Below are positions 50,559 to 62,308 of a DNA stretch of 64,000 nt, piece by piece. Source of the stretch: Ignavibacteriota bacterium (GTDB taxonomy: Bacteria; Bacteroidota; Ignavibacteria; Palsa-1295); NCBI GenBank assembly GCA_963787835.1, contig CAWBEI010000004.1, positions 352,001 through 416,000 on the forward strand, given 5' to 3'. The stretch's first letter is position 1, and every line of letters begins with the position of its first letter. The notes beneath the pieces were generated by a model. That model was not told where the DNA came from, did not search any database, and worked only from the letters and a program-made list of their open reading frames with translations. The position numbers and the translations under genes were made by a program.

Positions 50559-52970
50559 TTAATTATAATGGCGATGAGCAGATACAACGGCTTGTGCAAC
50601 CTGACGCAAAACTCGTTCAGAGATAAGTGGGATGCTAGCCAAGTAATCTTCCTGTAAACTCACCAAAGCCTCAATTTCGAGAGAATTTAAGTATCCAAGG
50701 AAAGAAACCATTCGCTCTTCTCGCAGAATCATTCTATTGGATATATTATTTTCGTTTTCAATTGCTGCTGTTAAATCTGCTAATTCTTGCCATTTTTCTT
50801 CATCCTCAATTGCTGTATCAATCATACATGCTTCGACATAAGGAAAAGAGGCGCTTAAAAATTTAGAATAATAGCCACCATTTCTCGTTAGAAATATTGT
50901 AGAATCAGATGTTATTTGATCCGCAGTAGAATTTCTCACGAGGCCGTTGCTCATTAGTGTGTTCAACACTGATAAAATTTTAGATTCGGAAGCACCCAGG
51001 CGGGAGAAGATTGCAATGCAATCTTCTGCAGTGACTTCCAAACTTCTTGCCTCGCGAGCATTCTCGTGTAAATATCTAATTAAGTGTAGCCTGAGAAGCC
51101 TTAGTTTTCTACTACCAGCCCTTGAATCAAATACATTGATGCATTCAGCTCTCCTCTCCTTATAATGCATCCACTGCCCTAACATTGTTCCCTTGAAAAT
51201 TTCCTGGAATGGAAACCGGTATGTAGCCTGACCATCAATACCAACCTTAATAGCTTTATCGGCATGAATATGGCCCGAAGTTAGAAAATTTCCCATAAGC
51301 GTTAAACCCTTGCGGATATTGATGTCGGCCATAGCTTCGATAAACTCACCGGCGGGTCCTTCGAGTGTACTTCGCTGGACAATCTCAAAAAAATCCCCAA
51401 GATTGGGTATGTGAAGAACTGCGCCATGTTCTAAAGGGATCTTGACTGATTTCTCATTTAGCAGGATTTTTGCAAGCGAAAGACGTTTTGCCAACACGGC
51501 TCTCAGTGGTGGTGGGTCAAGCCAAAGCTTCCTGAACTCGTATGCGTCGAACACAGAGTCATTCTAATGTCTAACAAATGTTCGTTCCCTAATTGAGACT
51601 ATTACATTTGCATGTACCCTTTTTGACAAAGCCAAACCCTCTGCGAAGACGGTAGTTTCAAGCTGCTCCGATTCATAAAGGTCAACATTGTCGAGGACGA
51701 TAACACATAGATTGTGAGCGCATAAGTATTTCAAAAGCCTATCGACATATGGTTCAATCTCCTCATATTCCGAACGAATGAATTCTGTTACGTATCTATT
51801 GAATTGTTCTTTGTCGTTGTAGATACCCGCATAAGGACCTCTCGCGAGCGACTTTATTTCTTCTTCATATGCTGGCTCGATAAGGTTCCTATAGTCAGTT
51901 GGCGTTTCAGGATGCTCACGCTGCAAGTAGTCTAGCAATGCTCTATATATGAATTTTCTCGGTTCTCCCTCACTTCCCATTTGCTCAAAATCAATATATA
52001 TCCAATGAGTCTCCTGTTCGCTAAGCAGTTCCCGTCCCGCAACCAACTCGAAATGCTTAAGATAAGTGGACTTTCCTGCGCCTACTGGACCTATTATTAG
52101 TGTCAAGGGCGGTGCATATGATGTCGAGGAAGAGCTCACGATTTTCTCTAGCTCATCTGGATGCTGTCCAGTTTTTAATCGACGTGCCGGTGTGATATTG
52201 ATAGGTTTAACATCTGCTAAATGCATTCCTAAAATGTTGTCGAACTTTTGTCGTGCCTCGGTTGGCACGAAACAATACTTTAATGTATCTGCATCACTCA
52301 GCACTGCTCCTGAGTATAATGCACCAGAAAGAGCAGGGGAAATGTGGTCGGCAAGATTGTTCCTATCAATACGCGCATCACTATCCCTAACCTCATCCAC
52401 TAACCTATTCTCTGGAGATTGGGGTGGCTCATTTGTTATCTTTTCAATCGATGCAGATTCCACCGCCTCTTGCCCGATTAAATTGTAAAGCTCTTCAGCA
52501 TCGCGGCTATTTGAAAAGGGAAAAAGAAGAATTGCATAGCTATCTTTATTCTTATCTCTAAGGTTATAAAGGCACCAACATACGCCGTTGGTAACTACTA
52601 CGAATTGAGCTTTTTTCGAAATTGCATATCCTTCGGCTTGCCCTATTGCTTCGCCAATTGCGCCATCGCGGAGCAGCGAGCCCGATAACTTAAGCTTCCT
52701 GCGTGTTGTAGGTGTCGGGAATGATGCACCTATTCTCTTTGCTTCGACGATTAGTGTGTAATCGCCAGATCGGAGGCAGTAATCAATGCGACCACTCTCA
52801 GTTTCCACTTCTATCTCTATTTGGCCATGCTGCCATCCAAGAACGTCCCGAATAAAGCGATCTATAACATCAAATCTAGTTTGAGCTTCGTTAATCGTAG
52901 TTAAATCGCGTGAGCCGATAAAAATAGCTATCTCGTCGTAAAGAATAGAAGTGTTACCCCAGTCACCCAT
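50559..52970 (-). pseudogene. HsdR-N-like PD-(D/E)xK nuclease plus P-loop ATPase (~803 codons) split by one in-frame TAG; putative defence gene
   Basis: NEAQTR...IDR....LGW, GRIDY, IVEAKR, QAEGYA, VTNG; Walker A GPVGAGKST; Walker B VIVLDNVD; reads ...RERTFVRH*NDSVFDAY in one frame; low GC. Confidence 0.8.
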
Positions 52971-53169
52971 TTTAGTATCGGAATAATTTATCCAAGCAAA
53001 GAATCCAAACTCGCTAACGAAAATGAAACCATGAGAATTTCAATAAACCAATCGCAAACCTAAGTGAAAGGTTTATGCGAAATTCACATCTATTTATTTA
53101 TTGCCTAAAGCTCGGAAATTGTTTACGAATTTGAGATCATCAGAAATCTGGAATTAGCGCTCCGGGAAC

Positions 53170-53222
53170 ACGGACGTGCGCAGCGGAGCCTGCCCTGAGC
53201 TTGTCGAAGGGTCCCTACGGTT
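53170..53222 (+). repeat. 53-bp direct repeat, left of TA module
   Basis: ACGGACGTGCGCAGCGGAGCCTGCCCTGAGCTTGTCGAAGGGTCCCTACGGTT, identical to 53796-53848. Confidence 0.95.
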
Positions 53223-53347
53223 ATTGAAACTGCAGCCGATGGTATATGTGCTGGGATGTCGGGCAGGAAGCACGGACCCCCAGTCAAGCTGAGGGCGGGC
53301 ACTACGCGGTGCTAAACGATTTCTACACATACGGCTGTTACACTAAC

Positions 53348-53542
53348 ATGACAGGAATTCAATATGTAACGGACGAGACCGGAGTTCCGACCGCCGTTCT
53401 GCTCGATCTTAAAGAGTGGGGCGAACTGTGGGAGGATTTCTATGATGGTATCATCGCCGAGCAGCGTAAGCATGAGCCGCTCATTCCCTGGGAGGAAGTG
53501 AAAAAGCAGCTCGCTGAGCGGCAGCATGAACTATCAGATTAA
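53348..53542 (+). CDS. Putative antitoxin
   Basis: IQYVTDE.G.PTAVLLD...W....ED...IPWEEVK; acidic; overlaps the toxin start. Confidence 0.8.
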   Translation: MTGIQYVTDETGVPTAVLLDLKEWGELWEDFYDGIIAEQRKHEPLIPWEEVKKQLAERQHELSD

Positions 53543-53789
53543 ATTCCGCTCGTCGGCATTAAAGGAAATACTCTCACTTCCAGAAAAGATGTCGAGCCGG
53601 GGTCAGTCCGCCATCGAAGGACTTTCGGAAAATCCCCGGCCATTCGGTTATACAAAGCTCCACGGCTTTGCAAATTCATTCCGGATTCGAGTTGGTGATA
53701 TTCGTGTGATCTACGCGATCGAAGAGGAGATCAAGATCGTTGAAATTCGATCGATCGGGAATCGCAGAGAAATCTATCGCAAACGGTGA
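53526..53789 (+). CDS. RelE/ParE family toxin
   Basis: YQIKF..SA.KE...L, LSENPRP.G..KL.G, RIRVGD.RVIY, IGNRREIYR. Confidence 0.92.
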   Translation: MNYQIKFRSSALKEILSLPEKMSSRGQSAIEGLSENPRPFGYTKLHGFANSFRIRVGDIRVIYAIEEEIKIVEIRSIGNRREIYRKR

Positions 53790-53795
53790 GGGAAA

Positions 53796-53848
53796 ACGGA
53801 CGTGCGCAGCGGAGCCTGCCCTGAGCTTGTCGAAGGGTCCCTACGGTT
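53796..53848 (+). repeat. 53-bp direct repeat, right of TA module
   Basis: Identical to 53170-53222. Confidence 0.95.
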
Positions 53849-53880
53849 GCCGGATTTTCAAAAAATAATTTTGGATTTCC

Positions 53881-53909
53881 TTGCATTTGGGTTTTGGGTG
53901 TTGTATATT
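53881..53909 (+). promoter_or_regulatory. Sigma70-like promoter, possibly for the rRNA gene
   Basis: TTGCAT-N17-TATATT with an AT-rich UP-like tract upstream. Confidence 0.55.
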
Positions 53910-54042
53910 AGGAAGTGATTTTAAGAGCACCAATTTCATCGAGAAACAAAAATGCATAAATTCATGAATAGTTGAGATGAGTTCATTAAATGACAATTCA
54001 ATTGCGTTTAATGGGCACCTGTTTCTGGGGGAAAGGAATTAG

Positions 54043-54161
54043 GTAAGAAGTAAGAGGTAAGAAGTAAGAGGTAAGAAGTAAGAGGTAAGAAGTAAGAGGT
54101 AAGAAGTAAGAAGTAAGAGGTAAGAAGTAAGAGGTAAGAAGTAAGAGGTAAGAAGTAAGAA
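54043..54161 (+). repeat. 17 tandem GTAAGA(A/G) heptamers
   Basis: Counted directly; mostly alternating GTAAGAA and GTAAGAG. Confidence 0.95.
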
Positions 54162-54875
54162 ATGAGGTAGAAGGAAATTTAAGAATAATTTGGTATTATG
54201 GAACGGGCGGGGGAGGGTAATGGTTAGAGGCGTCCCAACAATAGGGAAGGCTCGTAAAACTCTCGTAGAGCCGCCGGTTAGAAGGTGCAAAATCGTCCAC
54301 GATCAGCAAACCACCCACCGGAACAAGAAAAATCTTAAAAATCTCTTAATATAGCACGGAAGCGAGAACTTCCGATGCGAGAAGCGGGTTATACCCGCCC
54401 CTCGCAAAGAGGGATTTTGTCTGCTGTTTGAAAAAGCTCGTGGCTAATTCAATACGATCAGCAAAAACAAGTGTTCATTGAAATAGAAGGGCTACCCACA
54501 ATTTGGTGGGTAGCAAAAGTCAGCATGATGAGCCCGCGCAGTGATGCGTGGGGGTTACTTGCGGATGGGAAGACATTCCCATCCCTGTAGCGGCCAGGTC
54601 GCAAACTAAAGTTTGCGCTACATGGTCTCATCAGCAGCAAGCAACCGTGAATTTAGACCCTCACCCAACCTCTCCCGCTTGCGGGCGATGAGCAGTGATG
54701 AAGGGTCGTGAGGTTCACACACTTGCAATCTGGAACAACAAGCGTTTATTTATAGACGCCACGTTGTTCTGAGATTTCAGTATCAAACCTGAAATAGTAC
54801 AGCGCAGATCGAAATCGGACGCACGTTCGGGATCGAGAAGCACCATTTTTTATAAATGGTAAAGTGAAAATATGT

Positions 54876-56374
<1,499 letters not shown>

Positions 56375-56623
56375 TGCTATGGATCCGCAGAGGATCCACG
56401 ACCCGGTCTTACGATCGGTCGAATGTTTGGATAACGTCAAGGTTCTTCACGGGCCTGTTATCTAAATGCACAAACAATGGGCTATTATATAGTCCGGAAC
56501 AGGCATCAGCAATGATGTTTAGTTCGAAGGTGAATCTCACTAACCGAATCGAATACGCTACGCGTATCGACATCATGTTGACCCTTCTGTTTTGATGGCG
56601 TTTTAAGACGAGTAATCGTCGGG

Positions 56624-56660
56624 AACCCTCATCGCTCTGCGATGAGGGTTTTTTTATTTT
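56624..56660 (+). terminator. Intrinsic terminator ending the 16S transcript
   Basis: AACCCTCATCGC-TCT-GCGATGAGGGTT followed by a T run. Confidence 0.9.
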
Positions 56661-56708
56661 GATTTTAATTCGATAATTTCAGTTCTTCGTCCTAACTTCA
56701 ATACAGAG

Positions 56709-57089
56709 ATGACATCTACAAAAACCTACTTTCTCGCAATGGCTGCGTTTTGGTTCATTTTCGGGCTTATCACAACGTTCTTTCCGCCGCTGATGAATAT
56801 GTTCCAATCTGAAGCGGGTATCAATGCGGTGACCGTGTATTCGAATCATGTCTGGCGGCACGATGGTTTCGATATTATTTCCATTAGCGTTTTGTTTTTT
56901 GCGCTTTCTCGTGAAACGGTTACCCGTAATATGCTGCGTGCATCGGCAATAGTTGCATTGCTTGTAACAGTTGCCATTATTTCGTCACTCTTTACGACCA
57001 ATTACTGGAGCCCCTTGTTCATAGTGCCGGGTATAAGCTGTTTTGCATTTTCTGTTTGGGGCTTTATGCTTGCCGCTAAGACGAGGTAA
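56709..57089 (+). CDS. Small 4-TM membrane protein
   Basis: Four hydrophobic segments in 126 aa. Confidence 0.75.
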   Translation: MTSTKTYFLAMAAFWFIFGLITTFFPPLMNMFQSEAGINAVTVYSNHVWRHDGFDIISISVLFFALSRETVTRNMLRASAIVALLVTVAIISSLFTTNYWSPLFIVPGISCFAFSVWGFMLAAKTR

Positions 57090-57288
57090 GGCATACTTTT
57101 TTCAATGCGGTTTTGGGGATTGTTAAGCCAGAAAGCTGCCTTTTCAACCATTTCCTTTTTCACGAAAGTGTAACTGTTGGTATTTGGAAAGCGATGTAGG
57201 CGAAAATTTAGGGCAAAATTTATGCCCTGAAATTCATGCAACCAATTGTCGGTTTCCTGGTTTGATTGTCATTCATAATCATTTTAGA

Positions 57289-58637
57289 ATGGAACTTATG
57301 AAAAACCGTCATCGTGCTCTTCAGATTTTTTTGATATTAAGCTTTTTTTTGATTGCAGGTAATGCTGCCGCGCAATCGATATCCATAGGTTCCATCAATG
57401 GATCGCAGTTTTGTGCGGGCGACACGATCTCCGTTTCTTTTACTGCAACGGGTTCTTGGGGTCAAGGTAATGCTTTTATTTTACAGTTATCCAATCCCTC
57501 GGGAAGCTTTTCAAACGGCTTCCAGAATATCGGCTCCCTTGTCGATACGTTGCCAGGCACATTTACGATCAATATTTCAACCGTGGGCGTCGACTTATCC
57601 ACGCATTACCGCTTCAGGATTCTCGCTGCAAATCCACCTATGACCAGTACCGATAATGGCAGTGATATCACAATTGAGACCGGGCCGACTGTTTTTTTTA
57701 GATCCCCATTGCCGGCCGATTCTACAGGAACGCTGATAACATTTCCCGCATCCCTCGGTGATTGGCCAGCTGTCTCTGATTTGAACGATACTGCTTTCTG
57801 GGATTTTGGATCGGGAGCAACCCCTGCAAAAGCTATCACAACGTGTATCATCAGCGTAGATACTCAAGTCGATCTTAATCACAATGGCAGCTTTTTTGAC
57901 TATTATGATACCACTTTAAGTTATTCACAGGCTGTCAAGTATTCGACTCCAGGCAAAAGACGGTAACGCTCACTGTTGTCAATTCTTGAGGATGTTCCAC
58001 CACGGTAAAGTCCCAACTCCAAATTTATGACTGTAGCATTCCGTCTATTCCTCATGATGCAATAGTTGTCACTTCGGATACGACAGTTTCTGCACAACCT
58101 TCAAAGCCCTATTGGGTCAACCCTGGGGGCACATTGAATTTTGGTGGTGGGGATACTATTTTTGCCGAACCTGGCTCAACGATTTCCGGACATCCCGAGG
58201 GTGATGTATTATATATGAAGCAAGGCTCTGCTTTGACTTCAAGTTCTGGAAGTAATATTGTGATCTTTAGTGACGGCGCAAGCATTAATAATCTCGCATC
58301 CAGTGATTTTACTCTAAATTGCCCGACACTCGATTTCGATTATTCCAATGCTCCACCGAATCCTGCACATCCCACGTCAGGAGTTAAGAATGATCTGACC
58401 GAAGTTCCCATTACGGTTTCACCAAATCCTACAAACGGAATGCTCTCGGTTCAGGGATTGCCTTTAGATAATATCACGGTCTCCGTCTTTAACACACTCG
58501 GCGAAACGGTGATGGAGCAAAAGAATCCGCCCGTTCCCGATTTCACTATCGACCTCTCCAAGCTTGATCCTGGCGCGTATTATATCAGGTTCTCTTCAGC
58601 GAATTCGGTGGTGACGAAGAAGGTGGTGCGGGAATAA
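57289..58637 (+). pseudogene. T9SS-type secreted PKD-domain protein, with a frameshift (~57955) and in-frame TGA (57987-57989)
   Basis: Signal peptide NAAA/Q; WDFG; YSTPG then shifted KTVTLTVVNS*GCS; continues in frame into ORF 58134; CTD VSPNPT...IDLSKL.PG.YYI...KKVV. Confidence 0.8.
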
Positions 58638-58901
58638 TGGGCTGTTCGCTGTGAACTCAGCATCGTGGTAACTGAGCACGATTTTGTTTGGGAAGTAGCG
58701 GCGAGGTTGAAAAGATCGAGGGAATAACTGAATCTCGGATATTGTTCCACTTTTCGCTTAGTTCACAATGATCCATTCGATGTTTTTCTTTATGCAACTG
58801 AGTATAAATTGAGTAGTAAAAATTGCAACTTACGAACATCGAATATGTTCCGAAATTGGCATTCTACTTCTTCTTGTAATGAGTATAACTTCAAATCGAT
58901 C

Positions 58902-61523
58902 ATGAAACGCTTCAACATCTCGTCAATTTCTTTTGTACTTCTTTTCCTTTCTGCAAACCTCGCCATTGCGCAGCCAACCATTTTAACGCGTATCCTCGCC
59001 CCCGCGAGGAATTATGAGGTCGCGTTAGGCGATACGGTTACTCCGATCGCGAGAGTTATAAACAACGGCCCGGTTCCCATCAACGAACTAACGATCTATT
59101 ATCGCATTCAGAATCCGGTATCGGGAATAAGCCCATACTTCGATTCGATCATTCTGCCAAGCATTCCGCCTGGAGATACTATCGACGAAGCGTTCGCTGC
59201 GTACGTCACAAGCCCCGATAGCATTCGTCAGCTTGGAATGTTCAATGGGACTCTTATCGCGCAGACTGATACCGTTTCTTCCCTGTTGTTCGGCTTACGC
59301 CGAGCCTCAGCCCCATTTTTCGATCCATCTGACAATTATGGGAAGACCAAGCCACATGAGCTAACTTCCTCTTCCATTGACGTTCCCGACCAAACACTTT
59401 GGGAATCAGTTGGCGCTACGGTGGTCGATGGTGAGAGTTCGACATGGGACCCGCCACCCCCGCGTTATCCAGGTCGCGGAGTTGGCTCGGATGGCATGAT
59501 CTCGCCGGTTCTGCGCCTCGACCGATCGGATTACAATGGAAATTTCTACGCTGGAACCGGCGTAGGGGATACGCTTACAAGTTTTCCGATAAATTTGGCT
59601 GGCGCCCCATCGGTTTACTTCTACTTCGATTATATGCGGGCAGGACGACAACAATATCCTCTCGGTTGGGATGATAGTTCGATGTTCGGGCCAGAGAACA
59701 CCATCCTAAATGTAAATACAGGTCAGGTCGTAAGAGCAGGGGATTCTCTCCTGCTCGAATTCAGAGATCCATCCCAGTCACCCCTGAATGTTTCTCCGAA
59801 CGGTTGGAATGAAATTGCCGCCTTTGACGGTGGCCACGATTTTGAATTCAAGCGTTTTTCTGCACGAGGCGATTCAACCTCATGGCAGATCACCATGAAC
59901 GGAGTTACCAAAACGCTGATGAATACTCCAAATTATTTGGATGCAAATTTCCGTTTTCGCTTCCGTCTCAAGGCAAACAACGACGCTCCGAAAACCCCGA
60001 TTCCTGTTGACGATGCCGACCAATGGTACATCGACAATCCTCTCCTTGGGCTTCCTTTCGTTCCTGAGCATGAGCTGAGATGGGTTCGCGTCGTAAATCC
60101 TTATACGAAGGTGCCAGTGACACAGGCTGTGTTTCCGATATTCGTATCTCTGGGATCGATCGATTATCCGTGGGCAACGGGCGTGCCACTTCTCGCCGAT
60201 ATTATTGATCCCAAAGGCGATACGGTGTATTCGCAGACACTGAATATTTCATCGCAGAATCTGATTGATACCGTTATCCAATTTCCAAATTGGGATGCAA
60301 CCGGTGAACGGGGCAGCGATACGGGGGCCTATACCATCATAGCTCAAATAGCTATTCCGAATTTCCAAAACTTCAACACCACCCAGACTTACACGAAATT
60401 CTATCTTCACACCGAAACCAATCCTCAAGGTACGCAAGAATTCGCATTGGACGATGCCGGAATTGAGCCCGCGATCGGTGCTGGGAATGACATGCCAAAA
60501 CTCACCGGTATTCGTGGCACAGGGATTGGTTTTCAGAATACCAGTGGAAGTTTTGCTATGAAGTTCCAATTAGTGCGGCCTGATACCTTCTATGGGGTGC
60601 GAGCGTATTTCGGCAGCGCGAATGCAGCGCCGGACTATATCCGCATTTCGCTGCTTCAGGGCGAACCCGGTTCGAATACGCCCGGCGATACGATCGAACA
60701 ACCGGGATTTGCGAGTACGATGCTTGCTCAACGTGGGCCTCTTTTCGATCAATTCAATTCCTATTATTACCCGAGGCCGATCCCTCTTAAGGCGGGAATG
60801 TATTGGGTATCGGTGAGCCAGCTCAGTGTGATCAGCATGGAACTTGGTGGGTGTATTGCTCGCGGAGGTGGAGAAGTTGTAGAGACGGATCCTTTTCTTA
60901 TTTCTCCTGATATAAATGTGATGTATGGCCAATCGGCACCGGGTTTGCCAAGTTATGGCACCCAATGGGGGGGCAGCCCCGATAATAACAACGGAGACGA
61001 AAGCGGTTCCTTCGCCGTTGAAGCCACGGCCGGAAGCGGCGGGTGGGCGCAACTTATGCCGGGCCAGGGTTGGTGGCCAACGATGACCGATGTCGGATTA
61101 CCTTGGTCAGAAATTTTGCAGTTTCAACTCAATTTGCCAAATTCTTTCACTGGTGCAGGCACGTATGTACCGATGATTCGCCCTATCATCGATCCGCTTT
61201 CGCCGACGAGTTCTGTCAATGCAACCCAGGTACCACAATCCCTCACGCTTGAACCAAATTACCCGAACCCTTTTACACCATCGGCCACTTCTACGACGAT
61301 CAATTTTACGCTTGTTGTGGAAAGCCAAACATTAATAACGATTAGCAATGTTTTGGGAAAAGTAGTAAAGACTCTGGTGAACGCGAATCTACAAGCTGGA
61401 ACCTATCCTATTACATGGGATGGCAGGGATAAAAATGGTTCGATTGTTCCTGCCGGGATCTATCTGGTTTCCCTAACATCTGGTGGGCAGCATGCAACGG
61501 AGAAGGTGATCGCGACGGAATGA
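58902..61523 (+). CDS. Large secreted protein with C-terminal FlgD-Ig/T9SS-type sorting domain
   Basis: Signal peptide LAIA/Q; C-terminus NYPNPF...GKVVKTL...WDGRDKNG..VPAGIY. Confidence 0.85.
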   Translation: MKRFNISSISFVLLFLSANLAIAQPTILTRILAPARNYEVALGDTVTPIARVINNGPVPINELTIYYRIQNPVSGISPYFDSIILPSIPPGDTIDEAFAAYVTSPDSIRQLGMFNGTLIAQTDTVSSLLFGLRRASAPFFDPSDNYGKTKPHELTSSSIDVPDQTLWESVGATVVDGESSTWDPPPPRYPGRGVGSDGMISPVLRLDRSDYNGNFYAGTGVGDTLTSFPINLAGAPSVYFYFDYMRAGRQQYPLGWDDSSMFGPENTILNVNTGQVVRAGDSLLLEFRDPSQSPLNVSPNGWNEIAAFDGGHDFEFKRFSARGDSTSWQITMNGVTKTLMNTPNYLDANFRFRFRLKANNDAPKTPIPVDDADQWYIDNPLLGLPFVPEHELRWVRVVNPYTKVPVTQAVFPIFVSLGSIDYPWATGVPLLADIIDPKGDTVYSQTLNISSQNLIDTVIQFPNWDATGERGSDTGAYTIIAQIAIPNFQNFNTTQTYTKFYLHTETNPQGTQEFALDDAGIEPAIGAGNDMPKLTGIRGTGIGFQNTSGSFAMKFQLVRPDTFYGVRAYFGSANAAPDYIRISLLQGEPGSNTPGDTIEQPGFASTMLAQRGPLFDQFNSYYYPRPIPLKAGMYWVSVSQLSVISMELGGCIARGGGEVVETDPFLISPDINVMYGQSAPGLPSYGTQWGGSPDNNNGDESGSFAVEATAGSGGWAQLMPGQGWWPTMTDVGLPWSEILQFQLNLPNSFTGAGTYVPMIRPIIDPLSPTSSVNATQVPQSLTLEPNYPNPFTPSATSTTINFTLVVESQTLITISNVLGKVVKTLVNANLQAGTYPITWDGRDKNGSIVPAGIYLVSLTSGGQHATEKVIATE

Positions 61524-62299
61524 CAGCGACACTCACCCTCGCCCCCATCGGCTATATCTCCACGCCATTCAAAAGCAAAGCAGAGGCGCCGCATCAGCCG
61601 GAGGGGGGAGTAGAGGGAACCATTACGCTGCTCGAAGGCCAGAATTTCGAGCAGGCGCTGGAAGATCTTGCCGGAATGGAGAAGATCTGGCTGCTTTACT
61701 GGTTCGACCGGAACCCAAATTGGAAACCGAAAGTGTTGGTGCCGCGCGGCCCACGGCAAAAGCGGGGAGTATTTGCAACGCGCTCACCCTATAGGCCGAA
61801 TCCGATCGGGCTTTCGCTGGTCGATCTCATCAAAGTGCGTGGACTTACGCTTCGAGTTCGCAATGTCGATCTGCTCGATGGGACTCCGATCTTCGATATT
61901 AAGCCCTATCTGCCTCAAGTTGAAACACATCCCGATGCGTATTCCGGTTGGATCGAAGAAGTAACAACGCACGGTGAATATGTCGTAAACCATTCACCGC
62001 TTGCAACCTCGCAGCTCGAATTTTTGAAGCAGTTTAGTGTCGATCTAACGGATCGTATCGAACGGGTTCTTTCTCGTGACCCGACCCCTCATCCCTATAA
62101 GCGTATCGAGCGCAATGGAGATCACTACATTCAGGCAATCCGTGGATGGAGAGTTGTTTTTCGAGTTGTGGATACCACGGTGACTGTTGAAGAAATTAGA
62201 AGTGGTTATCCGAAAGATACACTATTAGAACACGCGGATATTTTCGATATGGAAGCGCAAGCCGCCTTTCGGTTAGAGTTTAAGGAAGATCGGGAATGA
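61520..62299 (+). CDS. trmO: tRNA t6A37 N6-methyltransferase TrmO (TsaA)
   Basis: PIGYI.TPF, GVFATRSP.RPNPIGLS, DLLDGTPIFDIKPY, LSRDP. Confidence 0.92.
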   Translation: MTATLTLAPIGYISTPFKSKAEAPHQPEGGVEGTITLLEGQNFEQALEDLAGMEKIWLLYWFDRNPNWKPKVLVPRGPRQKRGVFATRSPYRPNPIGLSLVDLIKVRGLTLRVRNVDLLDGTPIFDIKPYLPQVETHPDAYSGWIEEVTTHGEYVVNHSPLATSQLEFLKQFSVDLTDRIERVLSRDPTPHPYKRIERNGDHYIQAIRGWRVVFRVVDTTVTVEEIRSGYPKDTLLEHADIFDMEAQAAFRLEFKEDRE

Positions 62300-62308
62300 T
62301 AAAATACA

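Noticed and set aside
53262-53273. 12-bp match GGCAGGAAGCAC to the tRNA-Lys 3' end (32107-32118) as an att site
   Set aside because: The 21 kb between the copies holds core genes (cca, isc), there is no integrase, and the match is short; at most a relic.
54590-54640. Hammerhead core (CTGATGAG on minus strand) or SRP-like CCAGGTC
   Set aside because: No stem II-GAAA arrangement and no SRP GGAAGCAG partner; explained as one arm of a local helix.
57987-57995. Selenocysteine at S-TGA-G-C
   Set aside because: Fits the PKD-type NxxGC motif, is preceded by a frameshift, and no clear SECIS hairpin follows.
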